64,000 bases of DNA from Utricularia gibba. Its lineage: Eukaryota > Plantae > Magnoliophyta. The translations under genes were made by a program, and so were the position numbers. Below, one piece after another: positions 36,700 to 49,986 of the stretch. Within the stretch, counting starts at the first letter, position 1. The number at the start of each line of letters is the position of its first letter. Location: positions 2,232,001-2,296,000 of the forward strand of contig NEEC01000015.1 in NCBI GenBank assembly GCA_002189035.1. The letters are read 5' to 3'. The notes below the pieces were generated by a model that saw only the letters and a list, made by a program, of their open reading frames with translations, was not told the origin of the DNA and made no database searches.

Positions 36700-37152
36700 T
36701 CAGTAAAGATCACTCTCCTTGTGCGTGTGGATCACACAATCTGAAGTTGGGTATGCGACACAGGGCAGGAGATAACCCTGCTCTATCTGTTCTTGATCTA
36801 GAAATGCGCCATCAGATTGGTTAACTGAACCGGACGCCATCTTTGCAGCACAGGTAGAGCAAGCACCGGCACGGCAGGAGCATGGGAGTTCAATTCCAGC
36901 ACTCTCAGCTGAGTCCAGGATGTAAGTATCATCAGCTGCATCAAACTCAGTCTCAACGCCCTCAGGACTCACCAACTTCACTTTATATGTTGTGGCCATG
37001 GCCGATGCTCTGAAGCCAGGCTCTGCCTTCAAGCCAAAAGATTTAGTAACTCCTTTCAAAAAACCCAGAGATGCTGGACATTTCGTGGTGGAAAATGAAA
37101 CTCGGGTTGGTGGGGGAGCAACTCCGAACATGAAAACACTCGCAGAAGCCAT
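36700..37152 (-). CDS. FD3: Root/non-photosynthetic-type ferredoxin (FD3-like)
   Basis: Transit peptide, [22 protein letters not shown]...C ligands, [19 protein letters not shown]-terminus typical of root-type Fd. Confidence 0.92.
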   Translation of the reverse strand: MASASVFMFGVAPPPTRVSFSTTKCPASLGFLKGVTKSFGLKAEPGFRASAMATTYKVKLVSPEGVETEFDAADDTYILDSAESAGIELPCSCRAGACSTCAAKMASGSVNQSDGAFLDQEQIEQGYLLPCVAYPTSDCVIHTHKESDLY

Positions 37153-37586
37153 TTCTCCTACAAAACGGAACCGTAGATTCAATCCTTCATGGAACACAAT
37201 GAAATAAAAGAATCAACTCAGTGTTACAGAGAGTCATAAGACATTCATGCAATGTCGTGTCATCATGGAACCTTTGAGAAAATGAGAACTCGAGGCAGCT
37301 TTTTTCAATGAACAAAAACCAGAAAGAACTTGTTTTTTATGTAAAGATCCTACGGTACAACTTCCCAAACTCTTAACGGAAATAGACGACAATTTCAAGA
37401 TCTGAAAGCTACTTCCTGAAAACCAGTGGCAGCGACGTACGGTTTCCAACCTCGGAGATATCGAGAAGGAAACCACATTAAATAACACGATAAAAAAAAC
37501 ACGTTGAAATGGTAGGAGGATTCACGAACCCTGATCAGTAGATAGTAGCAGTAGCAAAGGGTGAGCGATGAAGGAGAACTAGAGAG

Positions 37587-37643
37587 ATATCTTTTCCTAC
37601 AATAAACAAGCACACCATATCTTTTCCTGTAATAAACAACACC
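37587..37643 (+). repeat. Two-copy about 30-bp tandem duplication upstream of ferredoxin
   Basis: ATATCTTTTCCTACAATAAACAAGCACACC followed by ATATCTTTTCCTGTAATAAACAACACC. Confidence 0.8.
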
Positions 37644-38096
37644 AATGCCGCCAGCCAACCTTCTGTTCCGCCAGCCGTTTTCAAGGCTCAGTTTACTCCC
37701 AGTCAAGCATTCTATGGGCTCGTCATTCCACCATCTCCGTGTCCTCCAGATTTGCCAAATGGCATCGCCCGTGTGGATGCATTTGGAGGCTCAACTGCTG
37801 ACAAACTCCCAACCCCACCCGCCGCTAGCAGATTCTAAATTCACGAAGAGTACTTCTGTGAATTCTTAACCAACTTTTAGTTTAAACATGCGTCAACCTG
37901 CATTTTATCAATGGCGTTGGCCCGAATCCATGCAGGGTGGGCTCAACGATAGCATTTCAGTTTTAAGGGTATGAGGGAATCAACATTGCGTTCGAATAAT
38001 CAAGCTCTTGTCGAAAACAAAAACAGAATCGTTTCAGAAACGGGAAAGATGACAAATCACATAGATTTTATCCTTCACAAAAACCAACGAAACCAT

Positions 38097-39611
38097 TCAA
38101 AAGATGCGTTGAGGCTTTCCCATTGTGCTCTTCAAGTACAAGCATCTCACCTGTGGCCAACAGAACCATATTAGCAAGAGTTGGATGGGTGGGAAAAGGT
38201 TTGGCATGTAACTCAATGCGAAAGCCACGAGACTTACGTTCTGCCAGTTCTTCTTCAGAAGAGAGACAAGGAAATTAACGCTCATCTGCACGTTTTGAAA
38301 GATCTGTTTCTCCTCCATATCCAGGTTTCCAACAGCAACACCCATACAAAGGACCTTCTTCAGTTGGAATTTCACTGTAGCCTTAGTCTCGTTCACTTTC
38401 GATTCGAGTGACTCCTGGTGAGTCACCAGAGTAGGGAATTTGCCTACATCCAAATAGAGTAATAAACTTCATTTCCATAACGGACCAGCAATTAACAGGA
38501 AGCCAACCACTGCAGGTAATAAAAAAATAATCGCTTGCAAACCAAGCATCACATGCAATGTGATGTGCAGGAGAAAAGTCGTGGTGTGTCGAATGACAAA
38601 GCATGTTTCAAAGCAACATAACACATTTGCACCAATTTGAAGACTTGCTTTATAAATTTCTACATAGTTGACGGAACTGATGCGGTATGCTATAGGAACA
38701 CTCACCAGCCTTGTTAAGACCAGGACCTAGGAGACGGGGGATCTGCTTGATAACAGCTTCAGATGCCAAGAAAGCATGGTACTTTTTAGCGAGCTTTTTC
38801 ACCAGCTTTTTGTTCTTGTTCAACTTCTTCAGAGCCTCAACATCCATGGACTCAAGGCCAATTTTTTCAGCCTATGAAGCGATCACAAATTATATAAAAG
38901 CAGAGTCATAGGTTTAAGATTAGGCCCGGCAAACATAAAACACAACAATTAGGAAGCCATCTAAGAACAAGTTATCAACGTTGAAGTTGTTAACGAAAGA
39001 AAAGCAAATGAGCCTGGATAAATAATAACTTGCTGGGAACCTAAACACCGCAACATGGAATAAAGATCTAGAGAACGACTATCCAAGTCATAAAGCAATT
39101 TCCAGACAAAAAAATTGTTAGTTCTGTGCGCCTTAATTCAAGTTATAGGCCAACACTAAAATAATACCTCTTCAACGTGCTGCGCATCACCAAGCATGCA
39201 GACCTTCATTTTCGGCCTTGGGATGTGTGGTAATTTGACTGAGCCACTGAAGCGCTTATCCTTTTGTGGGTCATAGTTCTTCAGTCCAATCTGTAGCTCA
39301 ATCGTCTCCGTGAAATTGCGCTTCTTCTCCTTAGATTGCGCAGTTATAACAGAGATAGCTTCTCTCAAGGCATCGCTTTGAAGCTTACTGAGGAATTACA
39401 AAAATCGAATTTTCATGATCTAGCTATAGAAACAACCCGCAATCAGAAATTGCGACATTTTCTTCCATATGCGCCCTGATACATAAATTTGACTCCATCC
39501 TCCACACAACCAAAGATTATCAGAAACTTACGAAGATAAAAAACCCAGACTCAAATAATTCAGCGCACACTAAGGGCAGGAAAAAAAGAGAGAAGCTTCA
39601 TCCCACCTCAT
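38097..39611 (-). CDS. RPL10A: 60S ribosomal protein L10a (uL1)
   Basis: MS|[11 protein letters not shown]...[35 protein letters not shown]...[26 protein letters not shown]|KFPTLV...[11 protein letters not shown]. Confidence 0.97.
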
Positions 39612-39817
39612 GGTTCACGTCTTTCGACTTCTCCAAACTTGCTTCTGCAACAATGGAAAACCGACAATCAATTGTCATCCCATCAACAAAACTTCAATGC
39701 AGAGGAACACAGAAAAATTAGGAAGGACAGGAAGAAAGACCAACCCGCGTTTCACCTCAGGAGGAGCGACGAGTGCGCCAGGTTTCCCAGATCGGAATAA
39801 ATACTGCGCCGCGGCGG

Positions 39818-39826
39818 AAACCCTAA
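39818..39826. promoter_or_regulatory. Telo-box (AAACCCTAA) at RPL10a, with a site II motif TGGGCC at about 39880
   Basis: The telo-box plus site II pair is characteristic of plant ribosomal-protein promoters. Confidence 0.7.
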
Positions 39827-40522
39827 GGGCCAAGATCCAAACGTCAACGAGATTTTTGGGTTGGACTCATTTCCTTGTTGGGCCCATAGTACATCGAGTC
39901 ACTTATTTCTCAATATAATTTCTTTGATAAACAATATCTAATATTATTACCCATTTTACAACCTGTAATCTTAACTCCAACGCAAAGTTTCTTAATTAAA
40001 GTTTTTTTAAAAATAAAAAATACTTCAAATTTTTTAATTTTATTCTATAAAAAAAATCATTTGTATTTGATAATAAATTTAATTTTCAAAAAGTTTTTTT
40101 AAAATATAAAAATCATTCCAAACAAAAACTAGGATCCAATGGACTCCCAACTTCATTAGTCCTCAAAACAAACATGGCATGTTACATCTGAGTACATAAA
40201 ATCCCAAGCATCTACAGTTTCATGAATCGTCAGAAGTCTTCATTTGTTGCATGAAAGAGTCATAATTCTGGAAACTCAAAGTGAGCAATATTGACCCAAG
40301 ACAAGTGAGCAAATAGCACAATACGTTTGTCATCAAGGTGGCTTTAAAAGCTATTCCAATTCCCCTAAAATCTCATCATCCACAATGGAGAAGGCCAACA
40401 AGTTAAAAGGGTTACACTTGAAAGAAGCCATAAGGGACCCTTGACATTTATTATCTTAACATAACTTCGACTCCGAGGAGGAAAAAGAAGAACCAAATAG
40501 CAAACGAGGAGGAAAGCCCTTT

Positions 40523-41637
40523 TCACTCTTCTGATTGCCTCTGTCCCAGTACCTGAATGTCTTCATAGCGCTTCTGCAGGAAAGGGAAGAACCAAAGTCA
40601 ATCCAAGGGAATGTAATTCACAGAAGTATTGTGTATGTTTAGCCTCATTATGAGGAAGGCGCACATAAATCTACGATGCTGCAAAATATAACCTTGGAAA
40701 ATTACATAATCAGCGTTTATCAGATATTGATTAGCTTAATTATTGACATTACATGGATTCAACTGTTTTGGTACTTCATCATAAAGGGAAAAAAATCTAA
40801 AAACTCCCCTATTTCAAACAATTTAGCATCAACACAATTGCATCAACATCACGAAGGTACAAGCAGAAGTCAGACAATGTACAGGATCATTATGAAGGGA
40901 AGTTTCAATACTTTGCTATAGATTCTAGGTTTAATGGGGCCAAGACTGATTACCCAGGAGAAGAGAAAGGGGTCAGAATCTAAGCATCAGTCAAGCATGT
41001 ATTCTCCTAAACAAGGTGGAGTCTTTCTCATTACTCGTGTAATTGAGACAACCAACCATCTTATTCCCAAAATACCAATTTTAATCTCAGCTCAGATTTT
41101 TTCCCCCTAACTTCAATATCTCGCCCCTTTTCAGACAACATACCCGAGTCATTAACAATTTGTAGAAATGCATTTAACGACTGCTTCAAAGCTCTAGGGC
41201 AGCTTACTCAGGTCACACACAAATATATAGCACAGTCCAGCATAAAGAACAGCAATAGTGAAAAAAAAAAGAATTCATACTGCACGAAAGCAGAAAAAAT
41301 AACAGGTTCAATAAAGAGAAATATAAAATGGAAACTTTACCCCAACATTAGCCTTCTCCCAGAGGCTCCGAACCCCATAATCCACGGCCTGAAATCAGAG
41401 ATATGATTTAGGAAATGAAAAATCAACAAACTGCCATTCAAATAAAACTCCTATGCTTAAATTCACCATATTCACATTAAGCTCGAATTGCATACCAAAA
41501 GAATAAAAAAAGCATACCCGTTCACCGAGAAAGGCACCGACTACGACAAATGTAACGTAGATCGGAGTACGGCGCATAACCACTCTATACAAACCCTCCC
41601 ACACACCGCCGCCCCTTCTTACCGCCGGCTGCTCCAT
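40523..41637 (-). CDS. QCR9: Cytochrome b-c1 complex subunit 9 (QCR9), 3 exons
   Basis: MEQPAVRRGGGVWEGLYRVVMRRTPIYVTFVVVGAFLGER|AVDYGVRSLWEKANVG|KRYEDIQVLGQRQSEE*. Confidence 0.93.
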
Positions 41638-42679
41638 CTCCGATCTCCTTCAAAATACGCTGATCGCTACCTAAGCAGGCGTACAGATCCCCATTCCTTT
41701 AACCTCGGATTTTAAATGTCTTATTAGGATCCAAAACTTGACCCGTTCTGGTCCTAATTTGGGCCGGGCTGTCCTCTCATGGGCCATGTGAGAACACACA
41801 GGCCCAGTGCTTTGGCCTTTTTTAGGGTTCGTTTTTAAAACAGAAAATTCATGGTGGAAGTACAAGATGGTAGGGGTATCAAGTGATGAATGATTTCCAT
41901 TAAGAGCAAAGGAATCTTTTTTTTTCAATGGCAATAGCAAAGGAATCTTGGTATGTAGAAGGAGGTGGAGTTCAGAGAACAGGGATTTGATTTGATGTGG
42001 ACCAATCAACAAAGGGGATAATGACGAACAGATCGATCTGAAAAGCATTGGATTACTTAATATTCACAAGTTGGGGTTGTTGATCGATTATTATTGCCTT
42101 CATCATGATCCTAGTTGAAAATCTTGGAATTAAAATCATTTTTGTGCCCCCCAAGCTTGTCATGTTATCAGATATCCTTTTTTTTCAAAGTAATCTGGAT
42201 TGGATGAAGGATGTTGCAATCAATCCCTTTCTCTATGGGAAAAGAAAAGGAGAAGCAGAGTGGAGCAGGAGGGGCAGTGGTTCAGAGGTTTACTGTCAAA
42301 GGCCCTACCTTTTATTTGTTGGCTGATGTGTTTTGTATTATTTGCAAACCCCACGGTTTTCTTCTCCATGGGGAAGTGAGAAACTAGAGCTGGGGAAGAG
42401 ACACTCTCTTTTTTTGTTGTCTACTTGTAGTTTCTGGTATGGATTTTGACCGGAAATCATTGTTATTCTCCGTTTTCGCTCTTGAAGTGTCTATTACCTG
42501 CTTGAGTATTTGCCTGAACGGTTTATTTCCTCACCATCACGGGAAATTTTCAACGTAGTCAAGTGTAGTCTTGCTTCTAAATTTTGTGAAGGGCACAGTT
42601 CTTTGCATAAGGTTTCAGATATCTGGGGAAGCCTGCTTTACCTGACTGAACGTTCACTTGACACCATAACCACCAATAC

Positions 42680-45600
42680 ATGCGGCTTCATCCGGAAAAC
42701 CAAGGTTTCTTGTAAGAAATTTTTTTTGGGGTAAGTGTCTTTGTTCTTCACTCTTGTTTCTGATTTTGCCGCTCTTTGCCCTTTTGCTATCTCAAGAAGG
42801 GTCGAGTTCGATATATGACTATGGAGCGCTGGAGAAAGCCTTAGCTCTGCAGGCCGTAAACATAAAAAATGATGTGATCAAACAACGTAAGTTCTCTTCT
42901 ATGATGTTTTCTATCTACCCCAAATGAGTAAAAGCTCACAAGTACACACAGTGGGATGTGTACAGAAAGGTTTGAAATTGTCTACAGAAACCGGGGCCGA
43001 GTCAGGTTCACATCCGGACATCCTTCTGTACTATTTTTACTGAGTTTGAAACAGAAAGTTGAAATCCATATATATGCGGTGACTGTTTTCACTCCTTTCA
43101 CAAGTTTGAAAGCTTGGTGCATGGAATCTTTTTTTTCTTGGAGTGATTCTTGAAGATTTTGCTGCAGCTTTGTACAACACAGGCAGGCCTGCTACTATCC
43201 TGGAAATGTTCCGCTCATGCCCTATAAGATTCCAACAACCCCAAACAGTATTTCTTCTTGCTCTCCACTTTCTCTCTCTCTTGCTAGCATTTTCAAGTTG
43301 TATCAGGAATTTCTGTTCTCAGTTGCTTTCACGTGTAAGAAACTGGGTTCTGTGACAAGAAACTAGTTCTGGGGTTAAAAGGTGTTTGACTTACTGCGGT
43401 TTGAATTCAGGGAAGCTCAAGATCAGGAGAAGGGAGCACTGACTCAGGATCAGCAGTGAACACTGAATCCAACATCAGCAGAAACCGTCTTTTATTGAAC
43501 AAAGAGGAAGAAGTGAAGCTGAGTAACTTTCTTCCGCCGCTGATGCAGTCCACCAGTGGTGTTGAGCGTGGCGTTTATGAGGCCCATCCACTCGCCAAAC
43601 ATAACCCAGAAAAGGTTCTTTTTCTCGCTACTTTCTTACTCACCCCAGCGTCAGAACTCCCACTTTTGCAAAGGCAGCATCTTTTGTTGCACAAATTCAA
43701 TTCGTCCCAAACATTATACCGAAAGGCCAGGCAATGGGCGTTTCTGATTTGTGAGCGGAATCTGTGTTCTATTTCCATGACATGCCAACACCTGCCTAGA
43801 TAATTTTTTTTTTCAGAAAAGATGAGTCTTTGCATTCCTATTTGAAAAATAATTTTTTTCGTGTATTGAAATATTCATGCTATAGAAAACGACTGCAATT
43901 GTCTTCATGCTATGTTTCTTCTCAAGTGGATATCGGTTTTAATTTTTTGGGTCCCATGCAAATTTCTCTTTCTACAAGACTGCAGTTCACGCCACTGTCT
44001 AGTCCCCCACTTTCACGCCTCCCAAGAGGTGGAGTTATATTTCTTCATATTTCTGTCTGCAGTAATCTTTCTGGGGATTTGAGAAACAAATCCCATTACA
44101 TGGAAATGGCAAGTCTGGAAACGCGCTGCGTGCTTTACCTTACACTTGTTCTGATACTGTCAAGTGCTCTCTGTATGCATATTTGCTTTTAAATGTCGTC
44201 TGGACAAGGCCACATGGTCTATCTGTAGTTATTGAAAAAAATTCTGTATGCACTCAAGTACTATATTTTATCTTATCTGCAGAGACGGGTCCAGGGCAAA
44301 ACACTGATAAGTCTCTAGATTCTAAGGTGGCAGAAAATGTTCCCTTTAACATTCTATGATGTTATTTGTTTAGATAAGTAACTTTCTATTTACAGTCGTT
44401 GAAACGCTTAGCGCAAAACCGGGAAGCAGCAAAGAGAAGCAGACTCAGAAAAAAGGTTATTGCTTACTTGGAGATTAATTTGTAGTATGCATAATGATAC
44501 CTTGTTTCTCCTCCAGGTCTATGTTCAGCAGCTGGAATCTAGCAGGGTCAGGCTCGCTCAGCTGGAACAAGATCTTAACAGGGCGAGGTCTCAGGTAGAC
44601 TCTAGACTTATCCTAAGAGCTCAAGAGGACTCACACTTGCAACTGCAATTTCTTTTTTGTTCTTCAGGCAGCTCTCTTGGGAGGAGGTGGATTAGCCAAT
44701 GGGAATGTTAGTCCTGGTATGTGATTAAGGGTGTGTTTACCTTGGCTAACTTTTAATAAGATTCATGTGCTGCATGTTAATCCATCATTACATCGTTGTT
44801 CTTTCAGCTGGAGTGATGTTCGACATGGAATATGCTCGATGGTTAGATGATGATCATCGACAGATCACCGAGCTTCGTACGGCTCTTCATGCAGATTTAT
44901 CGGAAGGCGATCTGAGAGTGATCGTCAATGACTACATTTCACATTACGATGAACTTTTCCGCCTCAAAGGAATTGCTGCTAAATCCGACGTCTTACATCT
45001 TATCACCGGAATGTGGACTACTTCAGTCGAAATTTGCTTCCTTTGGCTAGGCGGTTTCCGGCCTTCTGACTTAATCAAGGTGGCCCTTCTTGTCAACGCT
45101 GTTTTATCAAAGATCGCATTTTTTACACAAAGATTTGCTTTTTTTTTTTCCAAATGACAGATTCTGATAGTACAATTAGATACATTATCGGAGCAGCAAG
45201 TTGTGGGAATTTGCGGTTTGCAGCAATCATCTCTGCAGGCGGAGGATGCCCTTTCTCAGGGACTGGAACAACTGCTGCAATCTGTAGTCCACACCATAGC
45301 CACCGCTGCATCAGTAGCTGAAAACATGCATCACTACATGTATGTTGCTTTAGGAAAAGTTGCGAACCTTGAAGGCTTCTTGCGTCAGGTACTTCAAAAA
45401 TCTTATTTTTTCTCCGGATTCCCTCTTTTCCTTTGGTAGAGAGAGTGGTGCTGTATTTTGGTTCAGTTGAATGCAGGCGGATAACTTGAGGCAGCAAACC
45501 CTTCATCAACTGCCGCGGATGCTGACAGTCCAGCAGGCGGCGCGGTGTTTTCTGGTCATCGGAGAATACAATGGTCGGCTGCGAGCACTCAGTTCCCTGT

Positions 45601-45798
45601 GGGCCTCTCGCCCGCTGGGGTAAGCTTCTAAGTTTTTTTCTTAAGCACAAATCGACAAGTTTTTCTTTTGAAACACCATCGCCCATAACTTTCTCAGGAT
45701 CGTTCATGGCGGATGACGCCAAAACGACGCCGGATTGGGATTTCAGTACGCTTTTGCCACGTGTCGTGGATCACACGGCCGACGTTCATCTTCAGTAA
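42680..45798 (+). CDS. TGA9: TGA-type bZIP + DOG1-domain transcription factor (TGA9-like); start and last exon uncertain; 1-bp break at 44287-44289
   Basis: STDSGSAVNT, LKRLAQNREAAKRSRLRKK|VYVQQLESSRVRLAQLEQDL, FDMEYARWLDDDHR, FLWLGGFRPSDLIK, ADNLRQQTLHQ, RLRALSSLWASRP. Confidence 0.88.
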
Positions 45799-46264
45799 TT
45801 TTCTTTTTCTTTTCATTTTCTTTTAAAGGGACAGATTTGTAATTTTGAATTTTAAAGTGTTGCCCTCCGTAAATTTTATTTATATTTCAACCCCAAAAGA
45901 AAAAATTAGTTTTGTGAAGCAAAAGAAAAAAAAAAAGAAAAGAATATGAGCAAGAGAGCAGCCCTCATTGCATGACATCCACAGTGATGATGAATGGTTT
46001 GCATGAGAAAGAAAAGTAACCCCTTGGCTTGCACACAATTTAGAAAGAAAACATGTTTTGATTTATCTGAGACAGCAATTTGGTTGTCAGAACACATGTC
46101 ACCAAGCAAAACAGTAAGTGACACGTTTTGCCTTCGGGGCAACCATGTGTCCCGTTTAGTCCACCCACCGATTGAACTGGTTTGATAACACTTCCCGCTT
46201 TCACCATTCTTCCAAATATTTTGTGGGTTGGGTTGCTTGTTGTGTTCATATCTCAGTCTTAGAG

Positions 46265-49200
46265 ATGGAGGTTAGTTTGTTTTTCTCTCTGTGCTCCTCT
46301 CTTCTTGCACATTAGAGCTATAACTTGGAATGTTCTAAACTGGTTTTTGTACCTCAAGGTTCACGATAGAAGATCTTCGCGCGCTCATTCTTCCGACAGT
46401 GAAGAAAGGGTACGTACAAGAAAGAGCAAGGCTGAGGGTAAGTCTGCAGATGCTGAAAGAGCAGAAACGCAGAAGAAGGCTAAGGTTGAAGGTGGAGACA
46501 GGAAGGAGAATGAAAAGCCATCCGAAGATTTTGGAGCAGAGTTTGATCGGTTCTGTTTGAAAACAAGAGAGCAGCTTTCAGTTCAGCAAATGAAAGAGAT
46601 ACTTGACGCCAATGGCCAGGATTCAAGTGGCTCAGATGATGTTCTAGTCCCTAGATGGTAATATGAACTAAACACCCTTTCTGTTGTGTCCAAAAATTCA
46701 GCAGCTGCTATTTGCACATTTTCTTGAGTTTTGATGCTTTGAAACTGCTGGTTGTTTCAGTCAGGATATTCTTTTCTATGGGCCTCTCGGCAGATGCCCT
46801 ATCTGTTCAGGCCCCTAGAGGTTTCTTCCTCTGGTTACACATGTAAGGGTGCAAACAGTGAGTGGTCTAGCTGCATTTTCAGCACCAAAGATCCCCCAAG
46901 AAGTGATGAGCCAATCAAGTTACCAGACTCTGTCAGCGGTTCTGTGAGAGATGTAACCTGCTGTTTGCTCTTTGTGTTGTTTCCCATTCCTTACATGGTA
47001 TTTGCTGAAAACTCATTCACTTTTATAGTTTTTGAAAAAACACAAAGCTTCTGGTCATAAGAAGGTAGATCTGAGACCCCCTGATAAACCCTTTAAGGGG
47101 ATGATGATTTCCCTTGCCGGCCGATTAACCCGTACACATGTATGTTCTTCCTCCTCATTCTTCTCATTGAGTCTAGATTTCTGGATTGATATTCCATTTC
47201 CATACTTGTTTTATGCAGCAATATTGGAAGTCTAAAATAGAGAAGCATGGAGGGAAGGTCATTGGCAGTGTGATAGGTGCCATTTCTATGAAGAAAACAA
47301 GAACAAAATGATAACTTTGTCCCAATCAACTTAAACTTGTCTCTTTTTACAGGTGTAAGCTGTATAATTGCATCTCCAGCTGAGAGGGAACGTGGAGGCT
47401 CATCTAAACTTGCTGAAGCGATGTAAGAACACTCTGGAGTGGTTGTGTTGCAGTTGATGGTTTCACTGGGGTTGTGTTGATCGCTTTGAACTTGTGTATC
47501 TGATGATTTTCAGGGAAAGAAGTATACCAGTCGTGACTGAAACATGGCTGACAGACAGCATTGAGAAGAAGGAGCCTCAACCTTTGGACGCATATGATAT
47601 AGTCCGCGATCTCTCAGTTGAAGGTAGAGGCATTCCTTTGTACCATCATGATACGACCCAGGAGGCTCTGGAGACCATAACCGCCGAGGTTCGAACTTCA
47701 CTGGCTTTTCTGAAAAGCATCCATCTCTGATTGCTTGCTGTTTCTCTCTGTGTACCAGGTTAAGGTTTTTGGTAAAAGGGCAGTGCACAAGGATACGATG
47801 CTGCGGGAAAGAAGAGCCAATATATTGGAGAAGGATGGAATTCTGTACAACTGCGCCTTTGCCATCTCTGACCGGGCAAAAGGGATGAATGAGTACGGCA
47901 TGCTATCTTCTGCTGGAAATAGTTGAAGATCTATGCTGACTGCCATTGTTTTTCACAGCTTCTGCATCATCCAGCTGATCCAAGTTCCTCCGGATGGTCT
48001 GTATCTGTACTGTAAAAAAGGGAAAATTGGTGATGATATGTCAAAGAATGAGGAGAGTTTAGAAGAGCGGGAGAATGTCGACAGTTCCATCGAAGAGTTT
48101 TCGAACTACTATGAAGAGCTGACAGGCAATAAGTTTGTACCATGGGAGAGGGAGAAGAAGATTCAGAAAAGGCTGGGGAAGTTTTACCCTATAGATTTGG
48201 TGAATACTTGTTTCTTCCATGATCAGTCACCAAAAAACATTGCAGGGAAATGGTTGCTGACAGTGGTTATCTTTTCAGGATGATGGCTATGAGGTCAGAT
48301 ATGGGGCGCTGGGCCTTCGGCAACTAGGAGTTGCAGTTACACACAGCATTCTTGAACCAAAGGTTGCAAATCTGATGAAGATTCTCTGTAGTCAGGAGAT
48401 TTACAGGTGAAGAGTAGCCAAAACTGTCTCTAGCTTGACTAACCAAACATTTCAACGAGATCAATGTGCAGCTTCTTTGTGCAGATATGCTCTGATGGAA
48501 ATTGGGATGGATTTTCCAGAGATTCCATTGGGAATGGTTAGTGATGTCCACCTGAGAACATGTATGTGAAGCACCCTGATCTCTTTACCTACTCTGGATG
48601 TGTCTGTGTTTGAGATTTGATTGCAATGCAGGTGAGCAAGTATTCTTGGAATCCATTGAGAAGCTCCTCAGTAGCCATGAAGCTGGGATGAAGGCAGATG
48701 CCCTGTGGTCGGACATTAGCCAACGAGTTTTCACTCTTTTGCCATCAATCAGGCCTTATGTTCTCAGGGACTACAATGATCTAGCTGAGCATGTGAGTGT
48801 GCTTTCATATCCTTGATTACTCGCATACAGTGTGAGCACTGACAATATAAAGCAGTGTGCAGCGGCATTCGAGACAATCAGAGATATAAACGATGCTTCT
48901 CGTCTCATCGGAGACATGTCTGGATCCACTCTTGATGACCCTCTGTTTGAATGCTATAAGAAACTGGGCTGCTTCATCTCTCCCTTGGCAAAGGATTCGG
49001 ATGATTACAAAATGGTGGCAACATATCTTGAGAAAACATATGAACCTGTCAAAGTTGGAGAAACTGTAAAGCCTCTGTCTTCTTTGTTCTTTTTCTTATC
49101 TTGTGCTATGAAGTAATCCACTTTGCATTTTCCCAGAGCTATGGAGTGACCATTGACGATGTGTTTGCTGTGGACGTGAGTTCTTGCCCATCATATGACC

Positions 49201-49986
49201 AGATGAAGAACCTGCCAAACAAAGTTCTGCTGTGGTGTGGTGAGTATGAAAGCTCAACATATATTTCTTCCATGTGATCCCCATTGGTTTAATCATACTG
49301 CCATCAGGTACTCGAAGCTCGAATCTTTTACGGCATCTCCATAAAGGGTTCTTGCCTGCATTCTGTTTTTTACCAGTCCCGGGCTACATGGTAAAATGGC
49401 GGATGAATTTGCAACATCTCTTGTTTATTTTCTGATTCCTAGCGGCCTTTCTGTAGTTTGGGAGGGCGATCATCTGTTCTGATGCAGCAGCCGAAGCAGC
49501 CAGATATGGCTTCACAGCAGTTGACAGACCAGAAGGCTTCTTAGTATTGGCTGTTGCATCGTTGGGGAGAAATGTTACTGAATTCACAAGCCCTCCAGAG
49601 GTACATGAATCTGCAGCCATTATTTCATCCTGTATATTAATCTGTTGCTCCACTCTGGCGTAGGATCCCAAAGCACTGGAAAAGAATAAACAAGGTGTTG
49701 TTGGGCGAGGCCGAATGCAAACTGATGAATCAGAGCATTTCACATGGAAAGATGATATAAAAGTTCCTTGTGGGAAGCTTATTCCTTCTGATCACAAGGG
49801 TAGCCCACTCGAGTACAACGAATATGCTGTCTACGATCCACAGCAGGTAATGCTCCAAATTTCTACCTTGACAAACCACTGCTTTGGACTCACCAAGGGC
49901 CATGTTCACTTTGTCAGGTAAGCATAAAGTTCCTGGTGGCTGTTAAGTTCGAAGAGATGGATGCAGTATACGAGACAGCAGAATAG
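46265..49986 (+). CDS. PARP3: Poly(ADP-ribose) polymerase 3-like (PADR1, BRCT, WGR, regulatory and catalytic domains); 1-bp break at 46812-46815
   Basis: ME|VHDRRS start, EWSSCIFSTKDPPR, GGSSKLAEAM, LLWCGTRSSNLLRHL, FGRAIICSDAAAEAARYG, LEYNEYAVYDPQQ|VSIKFLVAVKFEE. TAG 49984-49986. Confidence 0.93.

Noticed and set aside
39979-40112. Imperfect AT-rich direct repeat (AAAGTTTTTTTAAAA...)
   Set aside because: Low complexity; expected by chance in AT-rich intergenic DNA.
11105-45798. GSO1, GELP77-like GDSL and TGA9 as an anther/pollen-wall gene cluster
   Set aside because: They are interspersed with unrelated housekeeping genes and appear to come from different synteny blocks, so co-location is likely chance.
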